From Felis catus (taxonomy: Eukaryota): 64,000 nt of DNA. The notes beneath the pieces were generated by a model. That model was given only the letters and a program-made list of their open reading frames with translations. It ran no database searches and was not told the origin of the DNA. The number at the start of each line of letters is the position of its first letter. The first letter of the stretch is position 1. Where the stretch lies: assembly GCF_018350175.1 (NCBI RefSeq), contig NC_058368.1, positions 101,434,001 to 101,498,000 of the forward strand. Direction: 5' to 3'. The translations under genes and the position numbers were made by a program. Shown piece by piece: positions 13,231 to 27,809 of the stretch.

Positions 13231-16209
13231 AGGTCACGGTGGCACATGAGCTAGTATTCATGTGAGGACACTGGCTTATTCCCTTACCTGTTGTTGCAAG
13301 ACTTCTGGCACCCCTTAAAGTCTCACCAGTTGATTTCTGGGATTTTCCAATAATGGTTCCCATGAGCTCACGAAAAACTCATATTCTTCCACTTTGGCCT
13401 AAGCCACTCAAGGGCATCTTTTGGCTCTGTGCTTTTGGCCTTGTGGTAAGCTGGTGATCAGCCATGGCGAGGGTGCCATTTCTAGACACTTCCAATACTG
13501 GATTCCCACTGCACCAAAGCCAAAGTCTGTTCCACCTGGGAAGGAAAGGAATATCTTTCCTGCCTCTCGATGTCATATACTACCTTCCGGGGGTATGTCT
13601 CAGGGAATTTGCTCCTTTGCCTCATGCCTTCTGCCTCTTTCTCCCCATAAGCCCCACATCTGGGGCCCTGGCTGGAAGAACAATGATAACTGAGGCCAAA
13701 ATCTCCTTGTCTTCTCCACACCTTCCTTCCTCTTCAATTAAAAACTCTTCTGCAAAGGGACTCATAGAAGTCCCACCCAACAGTTCCTCACATGAGCTTG
13801 GTGAGCTTGAATCTTACCTTGGGCTGAATCCAGGACTCTGATTTCCCCCCTGCACAATTACATAAAGATACTAATGAAATCCTGACACCCTCTTTGAGCC
13901 AACAGCAGACAGAGTTTCCTTTTAATGCTCCCTTTTGGGCAGTTCCCGCCTTACTTTCAGTAACTACATTTTCTAAACAAAGTGAAGCCTTCCATATGCT
14001 TCGGTGATTTTTAGCACGTTGCTCAGTGGGTACAGTAAAAGCCTGATACGTGTGCGGCGTGGGTAATACAGTGCCAGAGACAGTGTCACGTGTCTACTTC
14101 CTTGAATAACTTTCCATCAAAAGTACTACATTTCTCCACAATAGCAACCATTAATAATGTTCTCAGTTCAACGTTATATCGTTTGAAACAATCAACTGAT
14201 TTCATGTTTTGAGGAACGGTTTCTCTTTGAGATTCAAAATGGCAGACCGAAAGGGAATTTACTTGTGTATAAAGCTCTGGGAAAAAAATACGAAGGCTTT
14301 CACGGTAGTAGAGAGTGGCAAACTATATTTTTCCGCAGAGCATTCCTGATGGACAAGCTTAGTGAGGGGCCCACTTGACTGCGGGCTGTACACAGTAATC
14401 CGCAGGCTACCTTCTCTTCATCCCTCACTCATCGGCCACACACTGGTGATTAGGAATTCCTGCTCCCACCATTAATCCTTTCCACCATGAACACACGGCC
14501 ATACAATTTATGATTGCAGTTGCTAATGTATCCTGAAGCGTATCTAACCTTCAGTTGCTGTCCCCCCCGGTGGTGTTTCCAGTTTTGTGAGTTTTATCCG
14601 ACTCAGCTTTAATAGAAAATGGCAGTGTCCTGAAGAATTACTAATAACCGGGGTCCGGAACTCCATTTACCGCTGTATTTCAATAACGTGCATTTTTCTT
14701 TAACCCCGGTGATCTGGGGAATGTTGAAAGAAGGCTTTATATAGCGTTGCCCTAATATCTGCCGAGAGATTCCCTAAGCCTCTAACTCTGTGCCTTTCAA
14801 GTGTAGTGTCAGCTAAGGGGATGGATTAGCTCGGCAGGGAGAAATTGGAAACAAGGCAGCTTGCCCGAAATAAAGGCTAGGGGAAGATATTAAAGACTAG
14901 AGACACCTGCTTACCAGCAAGGCCAGGCTGTACAAGTAGCAGTGGAAGCCTCAAGCCCCAAACTGACATGTACAATCGAAAAGGACTATCATTCCCGCGC
15001 AAGCTTTTCAAATCGCTACTAGGGCCCCATCACCATCAGGGACTTCCCCACTAACATCACCTTGCGAACATTTATATTTCAAAAATAGCCTGCATGGAAA
15101 GGTCAGGGTGTTTGTCTTAACGTAAAATGAGATTTTATGATGGAGTCAAGAATATATTATTTATAAGTTGTAAAGGGAAGAACGCCCGTCAAGGAACTAC
15201 CCCAGTCATTCAGAAACCACTATTGTTCCTTCATCCTCTAATACAGCTCACGGGGACTTTCTAAGCCAACATCCACTTAGACTCCGGCAAATGACTGAGC
15301 TGTCTGAAGTTTCATAATTTTAGATGAGACAGCCACCACACTGGAACGCTGTCGTTCCTCTGAATATGTGTAAAGGATACAAATTGTGATTACTTTGATC
15401 ACAGAGACAGAGAGACAGAGACACTGCACCAGGCCTGCGAATTTTGTTATGGTGCCCCTGGGCTGCCCATCACTGTCAAATTCCTACTGGTATTTCCATC
15501 AAAAAGGAAAGGAAGGGAGGGCAAAAGGAATGTGAAAGGAAGACAAAAATCTTAGTCCTTGAAAGTCGGCTCACATATCTGCAGTTAATATATTCTAAGC
15601 TTTGATGATTTGGCAGGTGCAATGGTAGAGACTAATGTCCAAATTTACCTGGCATTTATCTCAGCGTATCCTTTGTCTCCAGACCCAAACTCGTCTGGAA
15701 GCACCATGCACAGCACACCATGATATCAGCCCCTTAAACCAATGGGCTCTTTTGTCTATGAAGACGACCCACCAAATGAATCATTTATTACTTTTGAGTG
15801 GTTTTTCTCCCCCTAAAGGAGTAATAGATTTTCACCTGACCGTCTACATACACTCATTCAGGTCCTGCTGGTGACAAAGTCCAGTCTTTTATCAAGTGAT
15901 TACTGAGGGCATGGAGCACAATGTATGATCACATAGACAGAGGTCATTCTCCGTGGAGTGAGAGAAGACCCACATAGAGAGTGAGCCCTTGACCCAGGAC
16001 TCATAAGCACAATGCACTTGCCAACTGAAGTCACTGGTTAAGAAAAAGGAAAGTACGTCATATTAGGAAACAAACTTGGTTGCCCAATGTTTTCTGTTGA
16101 GTATTAAGTTATTCTCAGCACTTTTGCCTCAGGTTAAGTAATTCAATCACTTTCGTTCTTTGCTCAGAAAACTCTCATTTCCAGATACTTCACAACCAAG
16201 TAGTTCACA

Positions 16210-16443
16210 CTTTAGCTGTGAACTTGGATTGGATCCTGATTCGAACAAAATAGATCAAAGATATATTTAGGGTGATTGGAGAAATTTGAAAATGGTTACA
16301 TTAGGGAATTAGTGTTAATTTTCTTAGGGGCAATATGCTATCATAGTTTTACATGAAAACATCTTTATTTTAGAAGTTACAGCTGAAATATTTAGGCGTG
16401 AAGTGTGACGTCTGCAACTTTCAAGTGCTACACCCACACGCGT

Positions 16444-16479
<36 letters not shown>

Positions 16480-16580
16480 CCAAGAAATCATGAAATCTTT
16501 AACAAGGTATTGAGTAGTTATTCATTGTAGCATTCTTTCTACCTTTCTACATTTTTGAAATTTTTCACATTAAAATTTGG
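16210..16580 (+). mobile_element. L1ME-type 3' end with (CA)n
   Basis: ttggatcctgattcgaacaaa..tgaaatatttaggcgtgaagtg motifs. Confidence 0.6.
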
Positions 16581-17689
16581 ATAATAGTAATTTCTCTTCC
16601 ACAAGTGGAGAGAGCTTGAATTAACCAAAACACTTCAGGCAGGGCCAATGGTTAAAATTCAATACAATAAAGTAAAGGTGAGAATTCTTCTACCAAGTTA
16701 GGTTGCAAAGGAAAAGAAATCTGAATTTATTTCATTCATTCATCTACTCAACAAATTTTTGCTGCATATTTATTTATTCGGTGCTACACGGTATGGGGTC
16801 AAGTGAAAACCAGAAATTCCTTCAGGAACTTGTAATTCAACAGTAGAAATTGTTAATTTTGCCTCCTATAGCTTTCCATCCCCTTCAACAAGTCTATCCC
16901 ACTGTCATCTAATGCAGGTACAACCACTGCTGAAAATCTTCATCAACCCTTGTGTGGATCACTACAATTGCCATGGACTTGGTCATGCCATATTCCCTTG
17001 CTAGAGATCCTGGCCCTCCATGGACCTCATACTTCTATGATTAATTGGGTCTCCAGGCTTATCTATCATCACTTCACACCTCAAAATGTACACTCAATGT
17101 AAATGACATTGCTTCCCATATTCCAGATGACCATGTTCTCTCTCAGTTTTAGGGTGTGCATGGGACATTCCTTCCCCTTGAATTCTACTCTCTACTCTAC
17201 TCCTCCTCTACCTTTGCCTGTCTACCTCTTATTCTTTATGCCTCATATTACATATTTCCTGCAGGAGGCTTTCCTTGACCTCCAAAGTCATTGCCTTGAT
17301 GATACCACGTCTACTTTCCTTATCATTCCACTTAGCACACCATATTGTAATGGCCAGATTAATAGCCTGTTCAGTGCTTAAAACTTAGGAGGGTGCACTT
17401 CTCACTAGGAACTCTGTATCATTGATAAGATAAGGATAATAACATTGACTGGAAACATCCCATGGATATTGGAGAATTTTTCAGTTCTTTGTATATGAGT
17501 AACCTGAAAGTATGGTTATTATCATATGTCACTAGGGAGAAATGGTTTATTGATGAATTTCCGATACAGCCCAGATGGCAATATATTAGCTGCTTTTTGT
17601 GTGGAATTCTAATCTATTTAGGAACCTGAAAGAAAGAAGAACTTGACCACATTGTATGTCCTCAGTCGGATACCACGTGCCTTCGTTTA

Positions 17690-17925
17690 AAAAAAATTTT
17701 TTTAAGTCGATTTATTTATTTTGAGAGAGAGAGTGCAAGAGAGAGTGCATGTGCACAGGTGAGCAGGGGATGGGCAGAACCCGTGCGGTATGCACAGAGC
17801 CTGATGCGGAGCTTGAGCTCATGAACCAGGAGATCATGACCCGAGCGGAAATCAAGAGTCAGACACTTAACCCATTGAGCCACCCAGGTGCCCCAAGATA
17901 CCATGTACTTTTAAATGGCACATGT

Positions 17926-17961
<36 letters not shown>

Positions 17962-18681
17962 TAATAGAACAAGTGAAAAAGTCATAATCTGACAATATGC
18001 TTATTAACTCCCCCAATTATTTGTTGAAGTATTGACTAGAAAGCCTTTCCTGGGTCTTCTGGTAATATAAATAATTCTAATTATAGTACTTTTTTTAAAT
18101 GTTTTTTTTTATTTTTGCGACAGAGAGAGACAGAGCATGAGTGGAGGAGGGGAGAGAGAGAGCGAGAGGGAGACACAGAATCCGAAGCAGGCTCCAGGCT
18201 CTGAGCTGTCAGCACAGAGCCTGATGCGGGGCTCGAACCAGTGAGCCATGACATCATGACCTGAGCTGAAGCTGGACACCCAACCGACTGAACCACCCAG
18301 GCGCCCCCTAATTATAGTACGTTTTGTGCTTTACTGAGTATCTTGTTACTGAATGCTCGCTCCAACGTTTCCCTCTCTTTTCTTTCCCTTTCCCCTTCTG
18401 TCATGGATTATTAATGATGGCTGGCTCTGATTTATTAGCCTTCTTGCACAGCATTTCTTTAAAAAAAAATTTTTTTTTAACGTTTATTTATTTTTGAGAC
18501 AGAGAGAGACACAGCATGAACGGGGGAGGGTCAGAGAGAGAGGGAGACACAGAATCTGAAACAGGCTCCAGGCTCTGAGCAGTCAGCACAGAGCCCGACG
18601 CGGGGCTCGAACTCACATACCGCGAGATCTTGACCTGAGCCGAAGTCGGACGCTTAACCGACTGAGCCACCCAGGTGCCCC
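17690..18681 (-). mobile_element. Three CAN-SINEs (17690-17894, 18090-18308, 18460-18681)
   Basis: Minus-strand consensus; TSD ctaattatagtac around the second. Confidence 0.92.
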
Positions 18682-19778
18682 TTGCATAGCATTTCTTAAG
18701 TGCATCGTTGACATTAACAGGTTGCCAGGACCGTGACGGCCATAATCCCTGTCGCATTTTCCCATCGAAACACTTGCTGTTTTCCCCAAACTTCATTCAT
18801 CGCTGATATCTTTCTAAAAACCAAATAAATATGCTGTCTACTAAGCTTTATTTTTAGCAGTATTTTGATTCAGCATATTTTAATTTTGCAATTCGGCTTA
18901 AAGGAAGCTCAAATGTAACATTATATATTCTTATGCACACATCCCTAAGAATTCCTTTTATAGCTATAAAAACCAACTAGTGCACATAGTATACCAGTTA
19001 CTAGGCCAAAGTGATAACTCATCCTCTTTTGAAAAATGAGGAATCACCCTGATTTATATTTATCACAGTAGTGTATCTACCCAGCTTTCTATCACCGGAC
19101 ACTTTCAAATATCTACAGTAAATGGTGTTCATAATGATGGACTTGAAGAGCCTACAAGGTCAGGAATATTAAATTATGGGCGGTATATTTTTAGTGTTGA
19201 GCACATTTAAACTTTAATCCTTTTGAAATGCAATGTGCATGTGATATAGGTAATCTAGATGGGCATATTTTTAACCACTAACTGTCCTTAGTTGCTTTTG
19301 CTTACTAGAGGGCCGTGCATGCACAAAGTTGTTAAACATTCCAGGTATTTTCCTGGTTCTCATTTAGATGCTTTTGTTTTCTGTACGGGAATGTTAAGTG
19401 GGTCATTTCAAAATTCAGAGAGAAGAATGTATAATACACAGTTATGAAAGTTATTTATCTACAGTTATCACCAGAAAGAGAGTGGTACTGAATTTTTCAC
19501 CAACTGCCATTTAATGGTGTCGTTTACTGGCAAAACGTGTGAGCATAGCTTGTAGTAATTTGAAACAGATTCCTGATCTACCTGTATATGGCTCTGTGGT
19601 CATTCCCAGTCTCTGCCTTCTTCTTTTGGAGAAACTGAGGTACAAAGTGTTCATAATTCTACATAAGCAGAGCATGAAACTTGGCTTTGAATGCTTTTTT
19701 TTTCATGGCCGACCATGAATCTTTTCTTTAACCCAAGTGCTCTTAGAATATTCAGGATTAGAAAAAAGGTGGGGGGTG

Positions 19779-19980
19779 GGGGTGCCTGGGTGGCTCAGTT
19801 GGTTGAGCATTCAACTCTCAATTTCGACTCAGGTCGTGATCCCACGGTTGTGGGATCAAGCCCCATGTTGGGCTCTGAGCTGAGTGTGAAGCCTGCCTAA
19901 GATTCTCTCTCTCTCTCTGCCCCTCTCCCCTGCTCATGCTCGCTCTCTCTCTCTCTCTCTCCAAAATTAAAGAAAATATA
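19779..19980 (+). mobile_element. CAN-SINE
   Basis: Consensus head, CT tract, tail; atattcaggattagaaaaaa duplicated. Confidence 0.9.
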
Positions 19981-22139
19981 TATATTCAGGATTAGAAAAA
20001 AAAATCAGCATCTGTCATTGACTAATCCAGGAAAAAAAAAAACATGCAGTGTGTCTTAGTTTAGATTTTAATGTGTTTTAAAATAAGCTTTAGATTTCTG
20101 GCGTTGTTGATAAGAGATGAAGCAGAACCCAAATGTTTCTTTCTTTGCCTTTTTTTCACTCAGTGAACTTTGTATCTTTTCCGGTAATGAAAGTATTGTT
20201 CTAAATACAAAATTTGAAAGAAAAAAAAAGGGGGGAACAAATATATCATCGTTTCTAATCTTTCTTGATTTTCAGAAAAAAAACCTCTACTAACATGGTG
20301 GATTGTGTCATCACGTTCGTATTTGTTTAATGTTTGCTTTTCTCTGAAGGCTGCAATCTTCTGGAAGCAGCATTGTCTCTGCCCTAGGCCCTGTCCCAGC
20401 CAGAGCGCCTAGTACAGGGCGTGCTCATAGCAGGTGCCCAGTAGATATTGGCTGTTGAAATATGACTGTCTTCTATGTGCTCTTATGTATGTATTTTTGC
20501 CTCCAAAAACATAGTACTAAATAGTCCAGATGGCATGTGTTTTCAAGTAAAAATCCTTAATACACTATTTAAAAGATGATCTCAGGTGATACAATGGTTG
20601 ATACCTTCCTCTGCTTCTAGTATAAAAAATACATATATACTTCATAAATCTTCAAGTAAATACTTCACCACATAGTACATGTTCTAAGCCAGATCACACT
20701 CACACGGCAAGAAATCAATAGAGCCAAGCATAGATACCCAGCAAAAGACATTTATCTAAATATTAATAATGCTACAGTGGCTTTTCCAAATTTATAGGAC
20801 CGCGTCTTTTTAATTTGTGACAATTTCTCAAAGGAAAGCAGTTGAATTACAGTGCTCTCGTGAGACTAGCCTAAGCTATAACAAAAAGCAGGGTAGGAGG
20901 ACTGGGACAGAAAAAAATCACTAGCCTATCCAGAGCAGATGGAGTTTTCCAAGAAACTGTAAAACCAATGTATAATTATAATGGTGACAGGTGCTTTAAT
21001 GTAGAAAAAAACCTGATAGAACCTCTCATCGGATGCCTAATAATGATATTTCTCTGAAAATCGGAAACGGTACCTAAAATGAAAATATTGGATTTGATGC
21101 CTGTACTCACTGTATACCTCCCCATGAGTACCAACAGCTCATTAATCACCAAATATAATCGTTATCTCTTTTCAACCATTGATTTCATTGACGTCTCTTT
21201 TTTTTTTTTCATTTTTAATATATGCAAGGCACATCCCAATTGCTGTGACTTCCTTTACCTTCAACACTTTGTATTGGTTTTCGTCTTCCCTCTCTGACCA
21301 TGATGTTCCCATCCTTTCGATGTACTGGGCTTCCTTCCCTTGCTTTGTAAGTATTGATATTTCATTTTCAGACTCTCTGAACTCCCCTCAGGCAATTTCA
21401 TATGCTTTCATAGATTCAATTTTAGGAAGCTCCAGAACCATATTTCCAACATCCTGGTCCTTTCCCCTCCATCCTGTGAAATGTTTGGCACCTAGCTCAC
21501 TCTTATTCTCCACTGTGAGCTACGTTTTCATCATAGGTGACTCAGTATCCTGGATGGCCCGTCACCTGCCTCCCACATCTTCTATGACTTATTCACAGCA
21601 CTTTCACCACCCACTTCTGTGGTCATTCCTTGCAACTTTTAATGAACTGAAAACACTCCACCATCAGAATGACTAATTTAAGTATTCTGTGCTGGGTCCA
21701 AAACTTCCTCTTTCTCCCGTTTCTTCTTGAACTATATTCCCACCACAATTTTTCTAAAGCCTCATTAGATCTCCAGTCCTTTGACCTTTTATCTTTCTCT
21801 GACAATCAACCCTTTGACTTTCTTTCTTATCGAGTGTAGTTACTATAATTCAACACTTCAGCATTCTCCTCCCAACATCCCAAACTTCCTTCACTCGATT
21901 GTTCTTCTCTTCTGCCTCCTCGCCAAGCTCATTCAGGCTCCAACACGATGGTGGAGAAAATGGTACACTAGACAGGTTAATATTGCCCAAAGTCGTGACT
22001 GTGAACTTCAAATCTCCCAAGGCCTGGAAAGATATTTATGTTACTTAGCCAACTCTCCAGTTCTTCACCATGTTATTCCAAAATATTTCTCATTATCCTT
22101 AAAGCTCTGACACCCTCTCGTCTACTTCTAAATTCTTTC

Positions 22140-22264
22140 ACTTTAAGTAGGCTCCACACCCAGCCCAGAACCCAATGTGGGGCTTGAACTCACGATCCTG
22201 AGATCAAGACCTGGGCTGGGATCAAGAGACAGACACTTAACAGAGTGAGCCACCCAGGTACCCC
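22140..22264 (-). mobile_element. Short old-type CAN-SINE
   Basis: ggggcttgaactcacgatcctgagatcaagacctg..gagccacccagg. Confidence 0.8.
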
Positions 22265-22657
22265 ACTTCCAAATTCTCAGTTACCTGCAGATGTTTTCAT
22301 TTCCTACTTCACAGAGAAGAGCATAATCACAAAAGCAATTTCCTCAACTTCTCATTTTCAGATGTCACTTTAAGACATCTACCTCCACCCTTTCTTCCTT
22401 CCATCTTACTGTCCTCCTTTTCACACACATTTATTGAATGTCTTCTATGGGCCAGACACTGTGCTAGGTGCTGGGAACACAAAGGCGAAGAAGATAGATG
22501 CACTCTCTTACCTCCTGGACCTTATAGTTTGGTGGAGAAGAGATCCATTAAACAACTATCCTAATAATTAATTAAATACATTTGTGACAGGTGTTGTTGT
22601 GAAAACAGGATCATATATCAGGAGGACCTGAACTATATTTAAAATAAAACTTAATGA

Positions 22658-22870
22658 GGGGCGCCTGGGTGGCGCAGTCGGTTAAGCGTCCGACTTCAGC
22701 CAGGTCACGATCTCGCGGTATGTGAGTTCGAGCCCCGCGTCAGGCTCTGGGCTGATGGCTCGGAGCCTGTTTCCGATTCTGTGTCTCCCTCTCTCTCTGC
22801 CCCTCCCCCGTTCATGCTTTGTCTCTCTCTGTCCCAAAAATAAAAAAAAAAAAAAAACACGTTAAAATAA
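22658..22870 (+). mobile_element. Young SINEC_Fc
   Basis: Near-consensus; acttaatgag duplicated. Confidence 0.95.
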
Positions 22871-24069
22871 GACTTAATGAGAAGTAGGAGTTGTACAGGC
22901 TAAGGTATATATATATAGAGAGAGAGACAGAGAGAGAGAGAGGGAGTTTCAGTCAAGAGAATGGATAGGAGCATGCTATGTCCAAGGAAATAAGAAACAG
23001 TTGATGTATCAGGAATACAGAGAAATAAGTATAAGGTGAGATTGAGGACAGATAGGTCCTTGTCAATCACGCTAAAGATTTTGGCCATTTTTCTAACAAC
23101 AGAGGGGCGTTTTGGTCAGGGGGAGTATATAATTGAATTTAGTTTTATTTTTAACAAATGAAACACATAATTCTGGCCTTTGAAAGAGATTGCTCAAAAT
23201 TGGGGGTGGGGGTAGGTGGAGCCTGACTGGATTGTAATGAGGAGAAAATGTATAGGGCGGTTTGCTTCTACATGGAACACATTTGGGGATGGATATTGTA
23301 GAAAGGGCAAGAGTGGAGGTAAGGAGCTTACCCTGTAAGTATATATACACTTGAAAAGATCCCTCCTTATACCAGGAAGGACACGTGTCACAATATGGCA
23401 CATGTAATAACTTACATAGTTTAGTATGAGGAAAAGATTGGGTAGGGAGTTAGAGGCAGTGCGGTAGGTCAACTTGGCCTGGGGAAATGGATAAAATAAA
23501 GATGTCATCAGCTATGCTGATGGAAGTTTAGACGCAAGACACATTTCAAGAGGAAGGTCTATTTTACGGAGTGAGACACTGGGTGTGAGGGAAACTCCAA
23601 GGTTTCAAACTTGGGTGTGTGAGTTGGTGGTACTAATTTTGGAAATAAAAGGGCTGTTGCTCTGTTTCCATCTTAGAGATGATTTTTTTTTTCTCCCTTA
23701 ATGAAGCAGGGAACAAAAATAGGGACACGCAGGGCAAGGAATAAAATGGCGAAACTGACCAATATCCAGAGGCGACTAAACTCAGTCTCCATTTCGTGGC
23801 TTATTTTTTCGTAAGGTTTCCCAGAATGGCAAATCTACATTCGAGTAGAAGTTCAAAGTTATTACCCATTTTTGTCTGTCAATTGGCAGGGGGAAAAAAA
23901 GAGAGTAACAATGCCTCATATTGGTGACGGTACGGAAAATTCTGCGCTCTCACGTACTTGGAGTCAGATAGTGAAACAGAACGAACTTTGTACAGATGAC
24001 AATAAGCAGAGAAATTATTTTCTTAGGAAAAATTCCATTTCTCCAAATTTACCCCAAAGAATGAATTGC

Positions 24070-24280
24070 AGGGGTGCCTGGGTGGCTCAGTAGATTAAAA
24101 ATCCAACTCTTGATTTCAGCTCAGGTCATGATCTCAAGGTTGGTGAATTCAAGCCCCGTGTTGGGCTCTGTGCGGGCAGTGTGGAGCCTGCTTGGGATTC
24201 TGTCGTCCTCTTTCTCTATCCCTCCCCCTGCTTGCTCTCTCTCTCTCTCTCAAAAATAAATGAAAATAAACTTAAAAAAA
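24070..24280 (+). mobile_element. CAN-SINE within L1ME-like fragments
   Basis: Consensus head and tail. Confidence 0.88.
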
Positions 24281-25402
24281 AGTGGATTGCAAAAAGTATA
24301 GGTAGGAAGATGTTCACAGCAGAGTTATTTATAAGAGTGAAAAATTTGGAAACCACCTACATGTCAATTTTCTGAATAATAATTAAAGTATGGCATATGT
24401 GTACAAGGAAATGCCATAGAGCTGTTACCCAGAGATATGGATCTTTATGTATCAACATAGAAAGGTGTTCACAATACAGGCAGAAAACAAGTTACCAAAT
24501 ATGGTGTGTATGATTGCATTTACGACACCTAATAAATGAAAAGAGACGCAACCAGAGAAAGATAAAAAATTATTTTGGAAAGATATGCAACCAAATGTTA
24601 AATGTGACTAAGAATGGGATTATGACCGTTGCCTGGTTTATTTTGCTGGTTTCTACTCTCTTGTATTTTCTAACGATTTGGTAACTGATAGAGATTGTTC
24701 TTACAAGGAAAATGTTGCTTTTAAGCTTTAAAATTCAAATCTAAGTAATTTGGCATAATACATACATATCAACATTGCCACCCATCTACATGTGTAATGG
24801 GCTATCCATTTTAAAAGGGAAAATAAATTGAAACTTTGGAGCTGAGATAGGTAAATGAAAAGCCATTTCATACTTGGGATACTACGGACTACTTTCTTCT
24901 TAACGTGATAACCTCTTGAATGGTTCTCTAGAGACTTGAAAGTGTGAAATCACCTCTCAACAAAGAGTAAGATGCAGTAAGTAAAAATGGCCTTTCAAAA
25001 TTGGACGAATACCCACATAAAATCTAATTGGTGGCACCCTCCCCCAGAGTAAAGCCTAAGAACCCATTTCCCGCAGAGTGGACCTGGGTCCATATCAGAG
25101 ACCATTCTTTTAGGGATTCGGGTCTCTCCACGATGGACATAGCTCACGTTCAGACTCTTGGAATCTTAATGCAGAAAGTGATGATGAAAGTGCTTTCTAC
25201 TTGGACCGCTCAATGAAATGAATGGATTAATGAAAGAATAATTAAGATAAATAATTATAGGGCCAACAAGACAGTCTGAATATCAGAAACTTTAAGAAGC
25301 TGAACGTGACAAAATAATAATGCTGCTGTAAAGTAAGGCAAAGACGTTGCTCTTAGAGTTTACTAAAACCAATACCAATGAATGATATCAGAAAAATCCT
25401 GT

Positions 25403-25706
25403 GTCAGATAATTCCGGCTGCCACAACAAATACCACAGACTAGGTGCTTAAACAACAAACATTTCTTTCTCCCAGTTCTGAGGACAGAAGTCTGAAAGCA
25501 GTCGAATTCTTGATGAGGGCTCTCTTCCTACTTTTGTCCTCATATGGCCTTTCCTGGGTGTGTGCACTCAGAGAAAGATCTCCTGTGCCTTTCTCCTTGC
25601 CTAAGGGTATAAATCGCATCCTGGAGACCCCCCTCTGAATACCATCACAATGCAGATTAGGACTACAGCATATACTTTTGGGGGGAGACACAATTCAGTC
25701 CATAGC
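25403..25706 (-). mobile_element. MLT1A-like MaLR LTR
   Basis: ggctgccacaacaaataccacagactaggtgcttaaacaac..gggggagacacaattcagtccatagca. Confidence 0.8.
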
Positions 25707-25774
25707 AAATGCCCACCTTACTGCCAGAGACAGAAGGTCTCCTTAATCATACTGTTACTGGTTATCTGCAATTG

Positions 25775-26008
25775 TTTTTTTTTCTGTTTTCTTTTTTAAT
25801 TTTTTTTAAGGTTTGATTTTTTGAGAGACAGAGAGAGACAGAGCACAAGCAGAGGAGGGCCAGAGAGAGAGAGGGAGACACCGAATCCGAAGCAGGCTCC
25901 AGGCTCTGAGCTGTCAGCACAGAGCCTGATACCGGTATGGAACCCACAAACCCAAAGTGACCTGAGTCAAAGTCGGATGCTCAACCAACTCAGCCACCCA
26001 GGCGCCCC
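25775..26008 (-). mobile_element. CAN-SINE
   Basis: Minus-strand consensus. Confidence 0.9.
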
Positions 26009-26959
26009 AATGCAATTGGTTTTCTAAAGGAAGAAACGAGTCAACAAAAGTTCATGCTGACTCCTTAGAAAAAGGGAGAGGTCGGAGAAAAAAAACTTAG
26101 CAATACCCGCTCAGCACATCCAGTGGGGAGGGGATCCTCAGGCCCTATAACTGCTCGACCCAATCCTTGTGGCAGGTGACCATAGCTCAGAGGCTGATAA
26201 GTCAGGTTATCATAGGGTCTAAAGCATTTAGACGTTACACTTGTCCCTCCACCCCTCTCAACTACCACTGCTCTCTCTCTGTGTGCCTCTCATTCTGTGT
26301 TCACGAAATAGCTTCTGTTTGTAATGTGCTTTCCCGTACGGATTTTGTAAAGGGCAGGAATGTGCTGTTCTTGCAGACTGGGGAAGTCCGTGGAATGCCT
26401 GCATTTCTCCTCTCAGCTAGCCAACTGTCATTCTCATTTATACAAGCCACCTTCTATGAGCTCACTGGGTGTAAGCTGGATATCCAGAGATTAAATATAG
26501 TCTAGGAATGTTGATCAAATAAGAGAACCTCTCTTAACTATTTGCTCATTCGTGGAATTTGACCCCTTGTTCACAGCCTTCCTCTTTATTTCAGACTCTG
26601 CAATCCTCATGGGTGATTTCAACATCCGTATAGATATCCTGTCTAACATTCTGGCTTCTTTGTTCTTTGACATGCAAAAGTCCCATTCGTTTTTCCTTTA
26701 CTCCACCTCACCCACCTGCTCCTATGGCCAGTTCCTAGACGCCCCTGCCCCCACCTGAGACTCTTTTACGTTCCAAATCATCAACTCGTATTTCTTCTTC
26801 TCTGACCACAATCTCTTTCCAGCTGGCTCATTCACTGCTCTAGTGTCAACGGCTTCCTAAGTTTCTCTAAGGAACCAGAGCTATTTAGAGTTTGCTCCCA
26901 AATTTTTGCAGCCAGTTTTTAAAGATGTTTTCTCATTTGTCTTTCTTTTTTTTTTTTTT

Positions 26960-27475
26960 TTAATCAGGATAACATAACAGAACATTTACCATCTTGACCA
27001 TTTTAAAGGGTGCGATTCAGTGGCTTTAGGTATGTTCACACCATTGCACAACGGTCCACCTCCAAAACTCTTTTCATCTTGCAAAACTGAATCTCTGGAC
27101 CTATTAAACACAAACTCCCAGTTCCCTTGACCTGTCCCCACCCCGTCTCCCCAGCCCCTGGCAGTCACTAGCTCACTTTCTGTCTGTTTGAATTTGACTA
27201 CTCGAGGTGCTTCCTAGATCATACAGGAGTTCCCTTTATGGGACTGGCTTATTTCAGTTAGCGTAATGTCCTATCGGTGTTCATCCCTGAGTCTATCCAA
27301 GGTTCTTCCATGTTGTAACGCGGGTCAGAATTTCCTCCCCTTTTAAGGCTGAATAATACCCTATGGTAGGGTATAGACCATGTCTTGTTTATCCATTCAT
27401 CTGTGGGTGGACACTTATGTTGCTTCCACTCTTTGCCTATTGTGAATGATGCTGTTACAAACATAGGTATACTCA
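26960..27475 (-). mobile_element. L1MB-type 3' end
   Basis: atttaccatcttgaccattttaaagggtgcgattcagtggc..ttatccattcatctgtgggtggacac. Confidence 0.8.
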
Positions 27476-27809
27476 TTTATCTTTCTTGTTGCTGTGAATC
27501 TCCAGAAGGTTATATAATGTACTCATTTATGAACCAAATGAGTATGAACATAATTCCTCAAACATTTGCCATCCTCAAACATTGCCTTTCCTGAAAATGT
27601 AGCGATAATTCAGATCTACCTTGTGATGGTGCTGTTTGACCAATCCATCTTATACTTGCAAAATGCAGTTCACTGACTGGCTATGCCATCAATGGTTATG
27701 AATACGCCATTAAAGCTGGCTATCTACCATATATTTATTAAACACAGAAGGTATGTGAGGCACCTCCTTGAGAGAGTTCAGACCAATAACATGGCTGTCA
27801 AATATAGCT

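Larger units (their letters stand above)
21090..23630. mobile_element. Fragmented L2 remnants in both orientations, with SINE insertions
   Basis: catttattgaatgtcttctatgggccagacactgtgctaggtgctggg (L2 3' end) and pyrimidine-rich L2-like body. Confidence 0.55.

Noticed and set aside
13280..13855. Overlapping ORFs with minus-strand donor-like cttacctg/cttacctt sites
   Set aside because: Stops in all candidate frames, no recognisable protein and no partner exons.
21179..21676. 165-aa ORF, the longest in the track
   Set aside because: Low-complexity F/S/L-rich translation of pyrimidine-rich L2-like sequence.
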